From Eukaryota sp. GEM-RC1 (taxonomy: Eukaryota), in assembly GCA_040285855.1 (NCBI GenBank), contig JAUFOQ010000017.1, forward strand, positions 1,054,001 to 1,118,000: DNA of 64,000 bases, given 5' to 3'. How positions within the stretch are numbered: the stretch's first letter is position 1; the number at the start of each line of letters is the position of its first letter. The position numbers and the translations under genes were made by a program. Shown one piece after another: positions 39,793 through 53,629 of the stretch. The notes below the pieces were generated by a model. It was not told the DNA's origin, ran no database searches, and saw only the letters and a list, made by a program, of their open reading frames with translations.

Positions 39793-40104
39793 ATGGTTCA
39801 AGGATCCTTCAAACCCAAGGGTGACAAACAGAGAAAGGCCAAAGCTGAACCTAAGCTGGCTAAGTTAAAGAAATCACAGAAAGTTATCTCAAAAGGCAGA
39901 GTCCACATGACATCAAAGAGAACTAACGACCAGGTGAAAGTACGCCAGACTGTTACGAAGGAGATCAATCGATCCATACATGAAACTCTAATGGAGAAGG
40001 CTCAACATCACAAGGAGTCCTTCAAAGTATTGGGTAAAGACAAAAAGCCTACGACTTCATCGAAACCAGCCAAGATTGATGTCTCGGAGGAGTCAGCGAC
40101 CTAG
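39793..40104 (+). CDS. Small basic protein, UPF0390/DUF2462-like
   Basis: 103 aa, Lys-rich, with an MVQG start and TKEINRSIHETLMEKA resembling the family pattern. Confidence 0.6.
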   Translation: MVQGSFKPKGDKQRKAKAEPKLAKLKKSQKVISKGRVHMTSKRTNDQVKVRQTVTKEINRSIHETLMEKAQHHKESFKVLGKDKKPTTSSKPAKIDVSEESAT

Positions 40105-40860
40105 ATCCTTACAACTGCCAACATCTTCTTCTAGTTAGATATTTCCACTTTTATGCTACCCACTGATTAGTTTTCTGCTTCTTTATTGGTTTATTCTCTT
40201 TCAATTTGTCAAAGCACCTTTATCAGTGGTTGCCAGTACATGTGATCTCACCCTTCGGCTCAATTTTGAATAAATTAGTCTGTCCGTTGGACCTTTTTTC
40301 AGTTTGATGATTGTCTTTTCAATGTCTGTAGTGTTGTACATCGTACTAAGCTAGACGAAAGTATGTAATTTATTATAATTGTTTGTGTCTAATTCTACAT
40401 GTAGAATGAAATCCGAAATTACCAGAACTCTAGGCTCTCAAAATAAGTTCAATGATCTAAAACAATAGTTTTCAGTAGAAAAATGGAGCTCTGAATTGTT
40501 GATCGACTTGTTGTAGACATTTCCTTGATAAAGTATTTACCACATTGGTGACGAAAAAGTGATGATGGGCGTCAAGAAACCCTTTGCTTGCAGAGTTGCT
40601 GTAGTAGCAGGAAAGTTATGGTATAGGAACGAATACCAACATTTTGAAATTGAACTCTATAAAACAAAAACACTAAGATAAGTACAAAAACTAGAACTCA
40701 ATATCATTAAAGCAACAATCATTGCCATTAAAAATCACATCAGCTTTTTCTTTATAACAAATACTGAGAGCAAATAGAGCTTTTGAAATCATATTAGGAA
40801 TTGATTTAAATGTTGTAAAGACAATACGAATCAATCAAAACTTGAAATCTAACTTCTTGT

Positions 40861-41470
40861 TCACTCCTTTTTTGACAACTTTCTCAAAATCAGAGTGAAA
40901 CCAAAGAGCATCTTTAACAAGTCGACCATGAATTGAAATTGGAAATGGACATAATTTGTACTCAACATGTCTAGTATGTATGAGATACCAACCCTTCGTA
41001 ATTTAGGAAAATTAAAAAGTGTGTAATTATCAGAAATCAAGCGACAATTAAGATGTAATTCTTCTAAATTAACTAGAGTAGGTAGATGATTTAATTCAAT
41101 AACGTTTTTCAAGTCAAGATGAAGACAGTTGAGATTTAGTAACTTTGATGCAAATGACAGATCAGATATTCTACTAGTAGTATCACGAATTCTCAACCAT
41201 TCCGGATGACTTAGTTGGGAAAGAGTTGTATGATCAGAAAAATCAAACGAAGCAATCTCTAATGATCGCAAATTTAAGAAATAACACATTTTAGAAATTT
41301 CATCTCTTGTCTTTAGTACACTCTTCAACAGTTCTCAATCAGGAAGGACCGATAAATTACTGAAACTGAAATTATCCACACCATTTAGAGTCACAGACTT
41401 TATATTCGGCAACTCAGAAAATGAAGTAAGATATTCAGCAGAACCTCCATTAAGATTAATATTAAACAGT
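40861..41470 (-). pseudogene. Leucine-rich repeat gene fragment
   Basis: LxxLxxLxL repeats (LLNLNCLHL, LVNLEELHL, FPKLRRV); no clear start. Confidence 0.55.
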
Positions 41471-42178
41471 TTTTCGATAAAGGGCACAAAAATACATATC
41501 ATGATAAAAGCTATGAAACACTAGACACCGAATGTTCCTGATCAACAGCACCACAGTTCTTATACAACTTTGTGAAAATTGATTTAAAAAACTTAGGCAT
41601 TGAACGGAACAACGAAAAAATGAAACGAGAAAAAAATTCAAAATAGGCGTTTCAACATTGTGATGTGTCTCTTTTTGGATCGATTAGTCCTGCAGGTGAT
41701 CAATTTGTTAAAGATTTCGAAGAACTGTGTAAACCAAAGAAGCGTAAGTTTAGAATGTCCGAATTTAAAAACCGTATTGTGCTTTCCAGACATGGAATAT
41801 GCCTTTCTATTTCTCTCGATTAGTTGAGAAATTGTACAAGTTTGGTGTGAAGTTTAATGATAAAAACCGTAATCCCTTACCGGACGAAGTCGTTTAATTG
41901 GATTAGTTTTAGTTTTAGTTTTAGTATTGTTTGTTTGTTTTTATCACAAGTTTTTATAAAGTCAATTCTTTTTACAATGCAGGAAGGTTACCTTTTTACA
42001 AGAATACACTTCGTCTTATTGATGTTTATGAAACTGAAGTATAGTTTTCGTATTTTGTAAAGTCAACACATCTACACTTGCCTGTATTTGACAGCAGCGT
42101 TCAACTTTTTTTTCTATTATAAGTTTCTGTTAGTATCATAGTGCTTGTAACAAAAATTTAACCTTCTGCTAGTGTTAC

Positions 42179-43561
42179 ATGGACCAAACCTCATCCATTT
42201 CAGAGTCTCCAGCAAGTACTTTAGACATCATTCTCACTGAACGATGTTTCTCTGACCAAATTCTTCTCTTCAGAGGTGTAACAATCCCAGTCAACACCTT
42301 TGTATTGGCAGCACATTCCAACTTCTTCAAACGTCTCTGGTTTGAAAGTCCATCTGTTCAGAAGAGTGAAAACCCCCTTGATATTTCCTCTCTCCCAGTA
42401 GATCTCACTTCCCTGTACCATGTTATCCACTACTTGTATGGAATTGCTGTCCCTTTCATGACACTAATAATTACCAACTTCTCTTTTTAGCCAGGTACTT
42501 TGAGATTCCTAACTTGATTTCCAGAATTTCATCACTTGTACCACTTTATTTCAAGGAATGGACACTTTTCCTCAAGTTCTTGGCAGAAGCAGATCAAAAC
42601 AATGATGAACCCGCCATTGAATTTGTTGGCCGTTATCTTTCGTCTGTTGATGAGATAGATTTAGACAACTTACCATCACTACGTAATCAAACTTTAATAT
42701 CACTTAATGAATGTTGTCAAACTAAGGCATCACAGTCTTGGTTCCTCAAAACAATGGTGAATTCTTATTTAAAGCAAAGAATCACCTTGGATCAATTTTC
42801 AAAACTTCTTCAAAATGCTTGTATTAATCTAGTTCCAACGTTAGATCTTGAGAAGTGTCTCGACGAACTTCAAGACTGCATTGAACTAAAACCAGTCTTG
42901 AGCGAATTTCATTTTTCAAAGATACGACCGCTAAATATTCAGCGATTACAATCCTTGCCAAATTCTCAGTCGTCTTTAGTTCGAGAACAACAGGCGATCC
43001 CCAGGGAAACACGTCAGAACAGTACAATTGTACCACCTCCAGTCAAAAAAAGCAAAAATAGAGGAGTCTGATAGTATAGATTCTAGTTCAATTCTGTTTT
43101 CAAATGTGTTCAACCATGCAGAATTACTGATTTCTGATGATCAAAAGAGACTTACTTTTAATGGCACTAGTGGCCAGAAGTATTGTCAAGGTAACAGGCT
43201 CTTGCTACCAGGAGTTGTGTACAAGTGGGTGATTACTTTTCATTGTTCCACTCTCTCTGGAATAGCTATCGGAGTTATACCAAGATCAAAGTTATCTTTA
43301 GCTCGCGGTACTCCGTTGAAGAATTCTTATTCTGTATCTGCTCAAAAGAGAGCTTATGGTCTTGTCGGAGATTGTGTACAAATTACCAAAAACGAAGTGC
43401 TGGAAGTAATTGCTGATATGATTGAAGTAAAGCTCACCATACGATCACTTGGTAGATCAGCGATTAATCTGTCTGGGCCACTACCAAATTTAAAATCTGG
43501 CGACTCATATGTTCCTTTTTTTAGACTCTGTGCTCAAGGACAATGCTTGTCTCTTTCTTAA
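42179..43561 (+). CDS. BTB-SPRY(B30.2-like) protein, paralog A (insertion-free allele); frameshifted
   Basis: BTB motif SDQILLFRGVTIPVNTFVLAAHSNFF; SPRY-like GVVYKWVITF...IAIGVI...YVPFFRL. Confidence 0.8.
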
Positions 43562-45068
43562 GTAAATAATACTACATTTAGTAAATAACCCTTGTTGAAC
43601 AGTACTTCTCGTTTCTCAATAAGTGTTTCAGTTAGTGGTCTTGTTAAATGATATCACGACTACTAGACGTTATAGTTGCCTTTAGTAGAATGTTCGGTGT
43701 AATATGATAACAGAGTGATCAAATCCACAATTGATTACACACCTCCACGTGTTACACGAACTGTGACACGACAACACAACAGTTTGCGTGTTCCATGTTT
43801 AGAATTGTTTACGTGTGTGGTTTTCAGGGAAAACCGAATCATTCTTGGATGCTTTGTCTCATTCAATTATGAGAGATAAAAGTACAGGTGATTTGATTGG
43901 CTCCTGGTTGTTGAAGTAAGATTTAATTTTAGATTGTACTGCAATTGATTATTCACTTCATTTTTTGTTGCCAAAATGTGGAGGGAAAATTATTCAGTTC
44001 TTGAAACAGCCGATCTGAAACAATTAATTCGGTATATGTATTGACTTAATTACCGAGATGGATTCTCATCAACACAATCTTTTGTTTGTTTGTGTATTTT
44101 ATGGTATTTCACTTAACAGAATGTTAGCATTTTCATTTTTGAAGAAACATCTCTCACTTATTTTTTAAAAATTGTGTAAACTATATGGACAAATTTCAAT
44201 GAAAGTTATTGTAGGGGAAGGTCCTCATTCTACCTTTTTCAATGTTCAGGTATTTTGATTCGATTGTAAACTGTTTCTTTCCATTGAAAAGTGAATATGA
44301 GATGATGTAGAGGTTTTGATATCTCCTTTGTTACTATCGATGGTCTTCTTTGTTTGTAGTTGGAAATTAATGGCTTTTTGGAGACTCCGTTTCACTTCTT
44401 TTTCTTTATATTTCACTGAAAACGTGTTCCTTTTGTTCTACATGTACTCTAGACGGTATTCAAAAGTGGTTATAATAATAGCTCCACAAAAATTATCCAA
44501 TGTACTCTAGGCTTTTGAGCTAATTGAATTAGTGAACTCAGTCAAAATTTTATGTTCAGCTCAACTAATTCGTTTACCCTCTGTAAAAATTTTTAAGTTC
44601 CACAGATCATGCCGTCAAATGATGAACACCCCAGCCTATCACTGTGAAATGTTTCACTTTTATAATAGCATATAGTATTAAGTATTTGTAAACGTAATAT
44701 ACGAAACACATATGACTGTAACTTGTACTTAAAAAATATCAAATGATCTTCATCTACTCCTATATTTTTGAAGGATTTTGAAGAACTTTGTAAAGAATAG
44801 AAGCGTAAGATTAAAATGTCTGAATGGATTCAATGCGTTTTCCATTTATCGAAATACGCCTTTCTATTTCTATCGATTAGTGGTGAAAGATTTTCTGTAC
44901 AAGTTTGGTGTGGATTTCGAAAAGGTAATCTTTACGAGATATGGATGATTTCGTTTAGCTGGATTAGTTTTAGACTTGGTATTATGTGTTTGTTTGTTTT
45001 AATTCATTTCTTTTCTAGGAATGTTACTTTTTGGACCGAATAAGCTTTCTTATTGATGTTTATGAAAC

Positions 45069-46191
45069 CAATCGATTTCCTCATGATATTTCACTTATTA
45101 ACCCCAATTCATGTAAATATTTAATTGACTTAAACGAAGCGTTAATCAAATTACCTTTTGATGTTTGGTCTCAATGTTTCCCAGAATCTTTTTCTGAAAT
45201 ACCTGAAAGATGTTTGACTAATCTTCAGTTCTGTCTGACAAAATTACAACAAAAACTCACAAATATTTTTGAAAGCTTGGATTATAATGTTCGACTTGGT
45301 ATGGCCAAGAAAAAAATCACACTTTGCAAATTTCTTAATGGATGTTCCTAATAGCTCTGCTTCATGTCTGATCACTCAAATCCCTCAAGTTTACGGTCAT
45401 TTTCTTGATGATAACTGTTGGTCATTAAACATGCGTTTACGGTCATATATTTGGCCTGATAACCTTCCACATATTTTGAAATGCCAATGTAGGCAATGTG
45501 TAACACCTACACATTTATTGAATTGTAACCGTTTTATTTCTTATAGAAGTAAGGTTCATGATTCAGTAAGGGATCAACTATATTGTATGTGTAAATCTTA
45601 TGGAATAGTTTCCGTTTTAGAACCAGTTCTGGCTGGTTTGTTTGATGATACGGATGTTATCAAATCGTTTGGAAACAGCCGTGGTGATGTCATATTTCCT
45701 GGTCTTGATGGATCTTTCATTTATGCTGATGTTATGTCTATCGATGCTTGTAATGATTCCAACAAGAAACTTACTACATCTAATACTAAAAACCCCCCTG
45801 TTGATTGGTGAAAGTTTTTAAATGGAAAAATATTGTGATAAACTGAAATTATTGAATTCAGTTTCACACTCGCATTACTTCTTGTACTCTTTTGTATTTT
45901 CACTGTACGGTTATTTAGGTGAATCTGCAATATCATTACTGGAAATCTTTGTGAAGATTGTAAACGAAAAAACATCTAGGACATTTGATCTTAGATTTTG
46001 GAAAAATTGAATTGTGTTTGCTATCTTTAAAGGTATGGTGACTTCTATATCTAGCGCTCTATTATCTCTTGGCAGACATTATGAAGATAATGTAGGTGAG
46101 AATTTCCAGATAGGCAATCTGGACTTTGAGGATATTGATTATTAGATGTATGTAAACTATAGTGTTGTTGTCAATAAAAACCACGAAAAAA
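45069..46191 (+). mobile_element. 5'-truncated RLE-type (CRE/R2-like) non-LTR retrotransposon
   Basis: CCHC knuckle CQC..HLLNC, VHD, RGD..YADV and KY endonuclease motifs; AATAAA plus A-rich tail; 13-bp TSD ATGTTTATGAAAC (45056-45068, 46192-46204). The empty site is visible at ~42022-42034. Confidence 0.88.
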
Positions 46192-47819
46192 ATGTTTATG
46201 AAACTGAAGTATAGTTTTTGTATTTTGTAAAATCAACACACCTAAATTGCTTGTATTTAACAGCTGTGCTATTCCCTATCCATAATCAACACCTAGACTT
46301 AATACTAATGTAGAATATTAACATGGCTCCCAATCGAATCACAAGTACCCTTTCTACGTTGTATTGATTCTTTTGGATTCACCTGTTACGCCTTCACTGT
46401 GTAGACTACACATGAGCCGTTTTTCACTCAACTGTTATTTTAAGTTTCCATTAGTAGTGCTTTTTTTGTTGTACAGTAACAAAAATTTCAATAATCTTCT
46501 ACTACTAGTAGTAGTTAATCTCAAATGCAAAATTAGAAAAATCAAGTAAAAGACACACTAAAAAGTGTAAGAAACGTTTCTTGTTTATTCCAATACATGA
46601 CGGTCTCTTTGGTACAACAGCCACTCACTGGTCACTGTTAATCTGTGATATTGAAAACAAACAATACTTCTCTATTGACTCAATGTGTACAGAAGATCAA
46701 CAATCTCAGTTTTCTAACACTTTATCACGTATTGACAATGTCATTTCACAATTACAGCAATTCCTGTTTGATATGGCAAACTTCAGCTATATAGCTAGAC
46801 GACCAGTTCAACAAGTCCAAACTCTCAATGATTGTGGTCTATTTATTCTAATGTATATGAATAAATTTGTCGAGTGTGAATCAACATCAACAAATCTTTT
46901 CGAAATTCTGTCTAAAGTCTCTAATTGTGTTGCTTATAATGCATTAGAAATGAGAAAACAAATACTGTCTCAAATCGTTACTACTCACCCTGATGAAGAT
47001 CATCCTGAGGAATACCGACAATATGTATGTACTCATGCCCAAGGTATTTTAAATGAGTTTTATTCTGATGAGATTGAATCACCTGTTAATCAACCTGTAC
47101 AGTGTCAATCTGAAAGTTTAACTCCTGAAACAATCGTAGATGATAGTAGTTACAAGGAAACGGTGTCAAAGCTCACTTATCAACACTTTCTCATAAGTTT
47201 ACCTGGAAATTTATCTAACCGGAAAAGAAGCGTCTTTTGAAGTTAAAAATGATTGAACAAGCGCTGGAAGAAGCTAAAGAATTATTTCAAGAAAGTTATC
47301 ATAACTTTAGTCGTCCAGAGTTGACAGATCTTCCAGAAATAAATTTACCAACTCCAATAATAAATGTTGCTGCTTGTGAGAAACCTGATACAACAGAAAC
47401 AACAGAAACAATTGAATCATCTGACACCACTGAAACAACAACAGCAACAGGAAATAGAAACACAACAGTTGCCAAAAGGAAAACCACCAAACCAAAAGCA
47501 AGTGGAGTATCAAATGCGACAAAGAGTTTGAAACCTCCTAAAAAACCAATGATTGAGTTTCTCAAACATTCCCAATTACCAAATAACTCTAATCATTGTT
47601 CAATATTGTCTTTTGATATTGAAACTAGAGAAATTGATCAAATCCCTGCAGAAACACTTACAGAGGAGTTGGATGATCAAAGAAAGAACGAGAATGAATC
47701 TCTCAAAATGAAAAGTGATGCAGAAAAAGAAGTGTGGATTCAAAACCAACAAGTTTTTATGATTTCTGGAGTGTTTGGTCATTTTATAAAAGATCAATTT
47801 TACCTTCAAGACAATTTTG
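45270..47819 (+). repeat. ~2.55-kb direct repeat, copy 1 (copy 2 at 56267-58817)
   Basis: The copies appear essentially identical apart from homopolymer lengths, and ORF translations match. Confidence 0.95.
46520..47819 (+). pseudogene. Truncated duplicate of the Ulp1-exonuclease-Fanzor element (Ulp1 plus Exo I only)
   Basis: Identical to 57518-58817; breaks after ...QFYLQDNF. Confidence 0.85.
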
Positions 47820-48249
47820 GCAAACTGTTCGGAATATTGAATCACTTATTTATTGGAAAAGAAGGTGGAATTAAAAAATTCTGTTACTGTTGATTTTTAA
47901 ATAGATGAGAATTGTTGTAGGTACTCCCAATTCTACCCTTATATATACCAAAACAAAGGACGAGAACAGAGGAAGAAAGGAAGTAGGACATCTTTGGCGT
48001 AATTTGGTGTTGATTGTGTCTCAATAACACATACGACTCTTTGTACAAAATCTTCAGAAGGAAAATGTGTGAAGAGAAGAAAAGATTAGTGTTGGGTTCC
48101 AAATGTGAAGCCAAAGACTATATAATGTTAGAGTGTTTATTGTACATCGAGATCGATCGATGTACGGTCGATAGAGACGGAAAGATCGATCGACAAATGT
48201 TTCGAAGCGAAAATTTGGCACTAAACCGAGGGAAGACTGTAGTATGGAT

Positions 48250-48868
48250 CAGGGATTGGAAAAAATATATTTATATTTATTGTGTACCAACAATATTTAT
48301 TGACAATAAGAGATCTTGAACAATATGGTATTGTTATTGTGAACAATAAATATATATATATATTGACAATGTATTGCAATATTTGAAAACACATAAAAGA
48401 AGCAGTTTATTTGAATCTGAGTAGATTCTTTACCTTCTAGTATCTTTATCACCCCTGGTTCGAAATCAGGAGACTGCCAGATAGTGGACAAACGCGGCAA
48501 CAATAGGCAACATAATGTCATTTGTCTACTGGAGGTTCTGGTTGGGGCGTGATTTTCAAAAAGATGCGTTTTGCTATCTCTTTGCCGTGTACATATTTGT
48601 AGAAGAAATTATTCTTTTATTGTAGCTTATATATTCCACTGCATGGTCTTTGTTCATTTCCTTCCTCGTAAGAAAGCGATTTATGTTCAATTTTACAATG
48701 TATTCTCCCACAACGATTCGAAAAAACACTGGTGTACCAACTTTTACACTAACAATAACACATCAATATATTGCAATATATTGTTATTGTACATGTACCA
48801 ACAATAACATATTGTTATTGCACTTATTGCAATATATTACAATAGCAATAAATTTTTTCCAACCCCTG
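48250..48868. mobile_element. hAT-type MITE related to 4626-5541
   Basis: TIR CAGGGATTGGAAAAAAT / ATTTTTTCCAACCCCTG; 8-bp TSD GTATGGAT (48242-48249, 48869-48876); ATATTG/CAATA repeats. Confidence 0.9.
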
Positions 48869-50117
48869 GTATGGATCCCTTTATTGTTTACATCATCATA
48901 TCTGTTGTTATACAAACCTTAGTTGACACTACTAAGACTTCAAAAATGATTATAAATGAAAGCTTCTTCTGATTTGTTACAATTTCTGGACATTAATAAC
49001 CACCTTCTCTTAATTCAAAGTTTGAACTTCAAACTGCAACTGGAACTTCGCAGCTTCTTGAGTGATAAACGACAAAGAATCGATGTTATGTCTTATGAAC
49101 TATAAGTTGTCTTCGTCGATTTTTTCATTTGATTATCTAATACATTCTCGTGCTACTTTCCTACAGCGTTTCTCAAAGTTTATCTACTGTTTAGATACCA
49201 AAGATTGCAACTAATATATGGACGGTCTCTACTAAATATATTAGAACAATTCACATTATGTCCAGATTCCCATTATGTCCTGCCTGATAGGTGGACATAA
49301 TGAGAGGGTAGACTGTATATCACTCCTTAATTCCTTCCCTACACGTAAACATCGAACGTTTTTATAGAATTAAGACATATAACACTCAACTCCAGAATAA
49401 TTTCTATAAAAGTGAGATTTTAGAAATGTGCCAAAATAAGAAATAGTCTGGATCAGACTATTTCTAGATCAGACTAATTCTTTATCCAGACTATTTAAAA
49501 CATATATATATGATACAGTTAATTCATTGAGGTATTTTTCAGGGGTTAAAGCATTGGAATTAAAATTGACAATAATCAAACAAGTAGCATATCCAAATCT
49601 TGAAAGGTTGCGGATTGTTGATAATGATTTGACTGTTTTATTTCATTGTAAATCCATAATTGCAATTGAATCAAAGATACATCAAATACCATACATCGTA
49701 TAAAATATACAAATAGAGTCAATAAAAAATACAACTGATGATATAAATAATGATACTCATTCATTAATAATCTCGATAGACAAGTGATTAATGGTAAAAA
49801 ATGATTATTCATATAAAGTATAACTTTATTACATTATGAGCTCTGCTCCAGTTTGTCCTCCTACTCCCCGCGCTGTACGACCAGTAAGGTTATACGATGT
49901 ATTGGGTCCTTCCGCTCCTCTAATTTTCCCTGGGGGAAATGATATCAATGCTATGGAAGAAGAAGATTCAGGGTATATCACGCCCACTTATTTAGATTCG
50001 GACGGTACTGGAATTTGCCCAGGTGTTCCTCGTAGATAATAATAAATCCTTAATTTTATAGTGTTGTTTTCATTTTTTTAGTATTATTTTTATAACATTT
50101 CATTTGACAATTATTAA

Positions 50118-50513
50118 ATGAACACATCCGAGAACGAAACATCTCCATTGATAAATAAATCAGGAAAAGAGAAAGAAAATTTATACAGTCAAGGCATTAA
50201 GGTATTCTTCAAGGGATTATCTGCATTGACTGCAGATGATTTTGAACATCATATTAGACCAATCGCAGAGGAGTTGCTGATTGTGATTAGAGCGTTGAAC
50301 CATAAGAAACAGCCAAACGTTTTCTACTCAGACCTTAGAACCAAGATACGCAAACAGCCGGGTGGTAAATGCGCAACAGGAAAATTTATGTCAAGTGCTC
50401 CATGCTCCAGAGTCTTATATGTGTTAGTTCCTCTTTTCGGAATTGACATTCTGTGTGGACGCAGGATCAGAGATAGAACTGAATATACTATGGTCAAAAT
50501 TGATAAAACCTAG
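50118..50513 (+). CDS. Hypothetical protein
   Basis: 131-aa ATG ORF with protein-like composition; no family recognised. Confidence 0.35.
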   Translation: MNTSENETSPLINKSGKEKENLYSQGIKVFFKGLSALTADDFEHHIRPIAEELLIVIRALNHKKQPNVFYSDLRTKIRKQPGGKCATGKFMSSAPCSRVLYVLVPLFGIDILCGRRIRDRTEYTMVKIDKT

Positions 50514-50761
50514 TTCTGAACCCTCTTCTCTTCTTCCTTGGTCGCTAAAGCACATCATCGGATCACTGGACATTTAATAATAGTATTGACCTTATTATAG
50601 ATATTAGAAGAGCTGCATGTACAATGTTTGAAAGTCACTATTAAACATCTTGCAATGTGACTCTATGTCATCAAATGTAGATTTACGTTCAGTTTCAGTA
50701 CTTGAATTAAATAAATTCTTTTAGAAAACTGCTCCTTCTGATTCTCCTTCTCTTTTCTCAC

Positions 50762-50870
50762 TGTTGAATATGCCAAGGAGCTCTGCCAAGGTGTAAGTTA
50801 TCCCCATAGTAAGTCAATTGTCCATGGAGATCTCAAACCAGGAAATGTGTTGATTGTTGATGATAGATTT
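50762..50870 (+). pseudogene. Protein kinase catalytic-loop fragment
   Basis: Translates as VEYAKELCQGVSYPHSKSIVHGDLKPGNVLIVDD. Confidence 0.7.
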
Positions 50871-53629
50871 GTTGTTGTTCTTCAGCTATACAAGATATAC
50901 ACTATGATCCCAGAGTTGAATATAAGTACTGTCCAATTGTCCTCAATGTCCATTAATTGTTTACTTGGGTACCAAGTGATCAAGACAATTACCTTGATTA
51001 TTGGAATTTTGTACACCAAGAATAGCTAAAATTATCTGACTACAATCTGAAAAACAGTAATTTTTGAATAATATGAAATTCTGAGTAGTGAAAATTCCTT
51101 CCTCCACTGAATAGAACTACATATATTATAATAACAGATAAAATTAAATATAAAATAGGAACCACATGAATTAAAAAGATTGAAAGAAGAACTAATTGAA
51201 CATTGTTAATTTTCCTTCAACAAAGAGATCAGTTCAACTAGTTTCACCAGTCTTAACTCTCAGCCACTCAAAGAAGAACAAATCACGTCATCTTCTGTTG
51301 AAACACGCGTGTTGCTGCCCTGGTTATTATAGATCTTAACGTAAGTCTGAAACCTTTATCTACTGATTCAATGATGACGTGATCATGGGGTTATTACTAT
51401 CACTGAAAGCAACGAGAGAAATAGAGAAGATTTGGTAGCAAGTATAGATGACGACGTTTGCAAAAGATCATAAAACACGTCATCTTTTGACCCTAGAGAA
51501 GTTCTTGATGGTCGTTGATAATGAAAGACAGAAGAAAAAAGACATTGAAGTGAGACAGGGTGAAGATCAACAGACTCTCAAGAAGGATAGGTAGGATACC
51601 CAAGGAAAGTAACAGTCTTACTTTCACAAATACTAGCAAAGATCGATGACGTGTCATTTGGATTTGATGACGTGTCACATAGGGTACTGGGTAACCACAT
51701 TCACCACCAGTGAGTAGAAGCCAATAGTAAGTATTGAGAAGTAGACGAGATCTAGTCTTGGAAGAGAGAAAAAAGTAGAAGTTGGAGTGAAGAACTAGAG
51801 AGATGAAAAGATGGTAGGATTAAGAAAACTTCTGATCTTTTGGGGAGTGTTAGTATTTCTTAGTGTTTCTGAGAGATTGTGTAGGAGAAGTGAAGTGGTA
51901 TTTAGCTTCAACGTTTGAGGAAGAGCGATCGAACTGGCTTGTGATCTGAACGGCAGTACGGTGTATCAAGTCACCCATCTCCTTCTCATTCAAGGATCTG
52001 GTTGGAGGAAAAGAATGACGTGATTTCCCTCTCTTTGAGGGGGGAGGGGGAGTGGGAGGGCGATCGACGCGATGATCATAGGTAAGTAAAGCTCGAAAAT
52101 AAGCAGGATTGGAACAGCACAAGCTCTGTCGGCAGAGAGAGCATGTAGTTGATACAGTAGTGAAAACTAAGGGAATCAACAAGTTATTTGAACAACGGGC
52201 TTGTTTAGAACTCGAGGGCGCTTTGAGGAAGGACTATTGACGGTAGTGATGTTGGAAGTTAGCCTAATCTCAATTCAAGCTCTGACTCATCATCTATTTC
52301 TTCAAACATATCAAAGACATACAACAATGCAAAGGCGATCTGCCTCGTTCCCTCTCCTTAGAGTGTTCTAGTCAATAAGTCTTCTTCTTAATACACTCCA
52401 GGTTTTCGTCTTTTGATCAAATCAATTGAGTTCTAGACGTATTGCTTCTTGCATTGGCCTTCTTCTTTTCTCTGAACTATCTTTACTATTGTAATGTGCT
52501 TCGTCGGGAACTTCTTCTTTGTGTGTGTCCTCTGGTGGTTTGTTGTTTGCATCAGCATTTTTCTTCGCCTTTACTCTTTTATTATTTTATTTGAACTAGT
52601 GTTTATACATGACTTGATTCCAATCAATGTTGAAAGACGATTTTCACCATTAAGTTTTTTCGTAAAGCATTTTAATCCGTACATTCTTTGTATTGTATCA
52701 CTTTGTCTCACGAATGGTTGTTTGTGTATTTTAGGCACTTTATCAGATAGAATTTTGGAGTGACACTTATGAACACCTTTTACATTGATTTGACTTCGTT
52801 CACGTCATCTCGTTGAGATCAAATATACTACCATTGTGCCTTAATGACAAAGTGTGTTACAGAACGTGGAGTGTTTGTCATAAGTAACTTTGATATCGTC
52901 AGAGAGTCAGTTGTTGTGACTCCTCCAGATTGCTACAAACATTTACAGTTGACATTGTTCAGTGCTACCAATGTAAGAGCTCTGGATTTTACCCAATTCA
53001 CCGTAACTTGTTCTAAACGGGATCGTTTGTCCAATATCTCATCATACAAGGATTACTCAAGGTCAGTGCTCAAAGGCTTACGTCCTGCACCAGATACCCG
53101 AAAGGAAGAAGGGTCTGACCTCATGATATTAATCTTATCAGCCTGCCAGTCTTTCAACTGGAGGTGATTCAGATTGCGGTACTGAGAAAGAACAGCAGCT
53201 TTGCATTTCGTTTCCATTTCGGTGAGGATATTTTGTTTAAAGCCGATGGTGATTTGGGCTCGAGTACGGTTTAATTGGGGGTGAGGTTGTAGAGGGATTG
53301 GTAAACCCAATTGGTTACGATGAGATCCAGGAGCCATAGTCAATACAGGGGAGGAGTATTTTGACTTTATGCTCATTAATAGTCATATAATAATAAATAG
53401 TATATATCGTTTTTATTTAATGTTTGATGTGAATACGTCAAATAATAAGTTATTTTCAGAAACGGGCTCTATTCGGTAAGGCTAACAGTGAGAAATTGTC
53501 CATATAGAGTTGACAGGACTGAGAAGAAGATAACAAGATCTGATGATGCTTTGTGTTAGAAGACATACGAAAGTATGGAGTGAAATTAAGATGATTTATG
53601 ATTGCTCTATTAGCTATTATACATCTACA

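Noticed and set aside
42448..42462. Same -1 frameshift at C CCT TTC / C CCT TTT in both BTB-SPRY paralogs (also ~61808), resembling a programmed -1 slippery site
   Set aside because: Equally explained by systematic under-calling of a CCCC run. Single-base deletions affect most long genes in the window and no downstream stimulatory structure was evident.
49255..49500. Isolated pogo/Tc1-like terminus (49255-49318) and an AGTCTGGAT/ATCCAGACT inverted repeat
   Set aside because: No partner end or TSD found, so an element cannot be delimited.
51680..51715. Possible LTR primer-binding site (minus strand TGGTGGTGAATGTGG)
   Set aside because: No paired LTR identified and the tRNA match cannot be verified.
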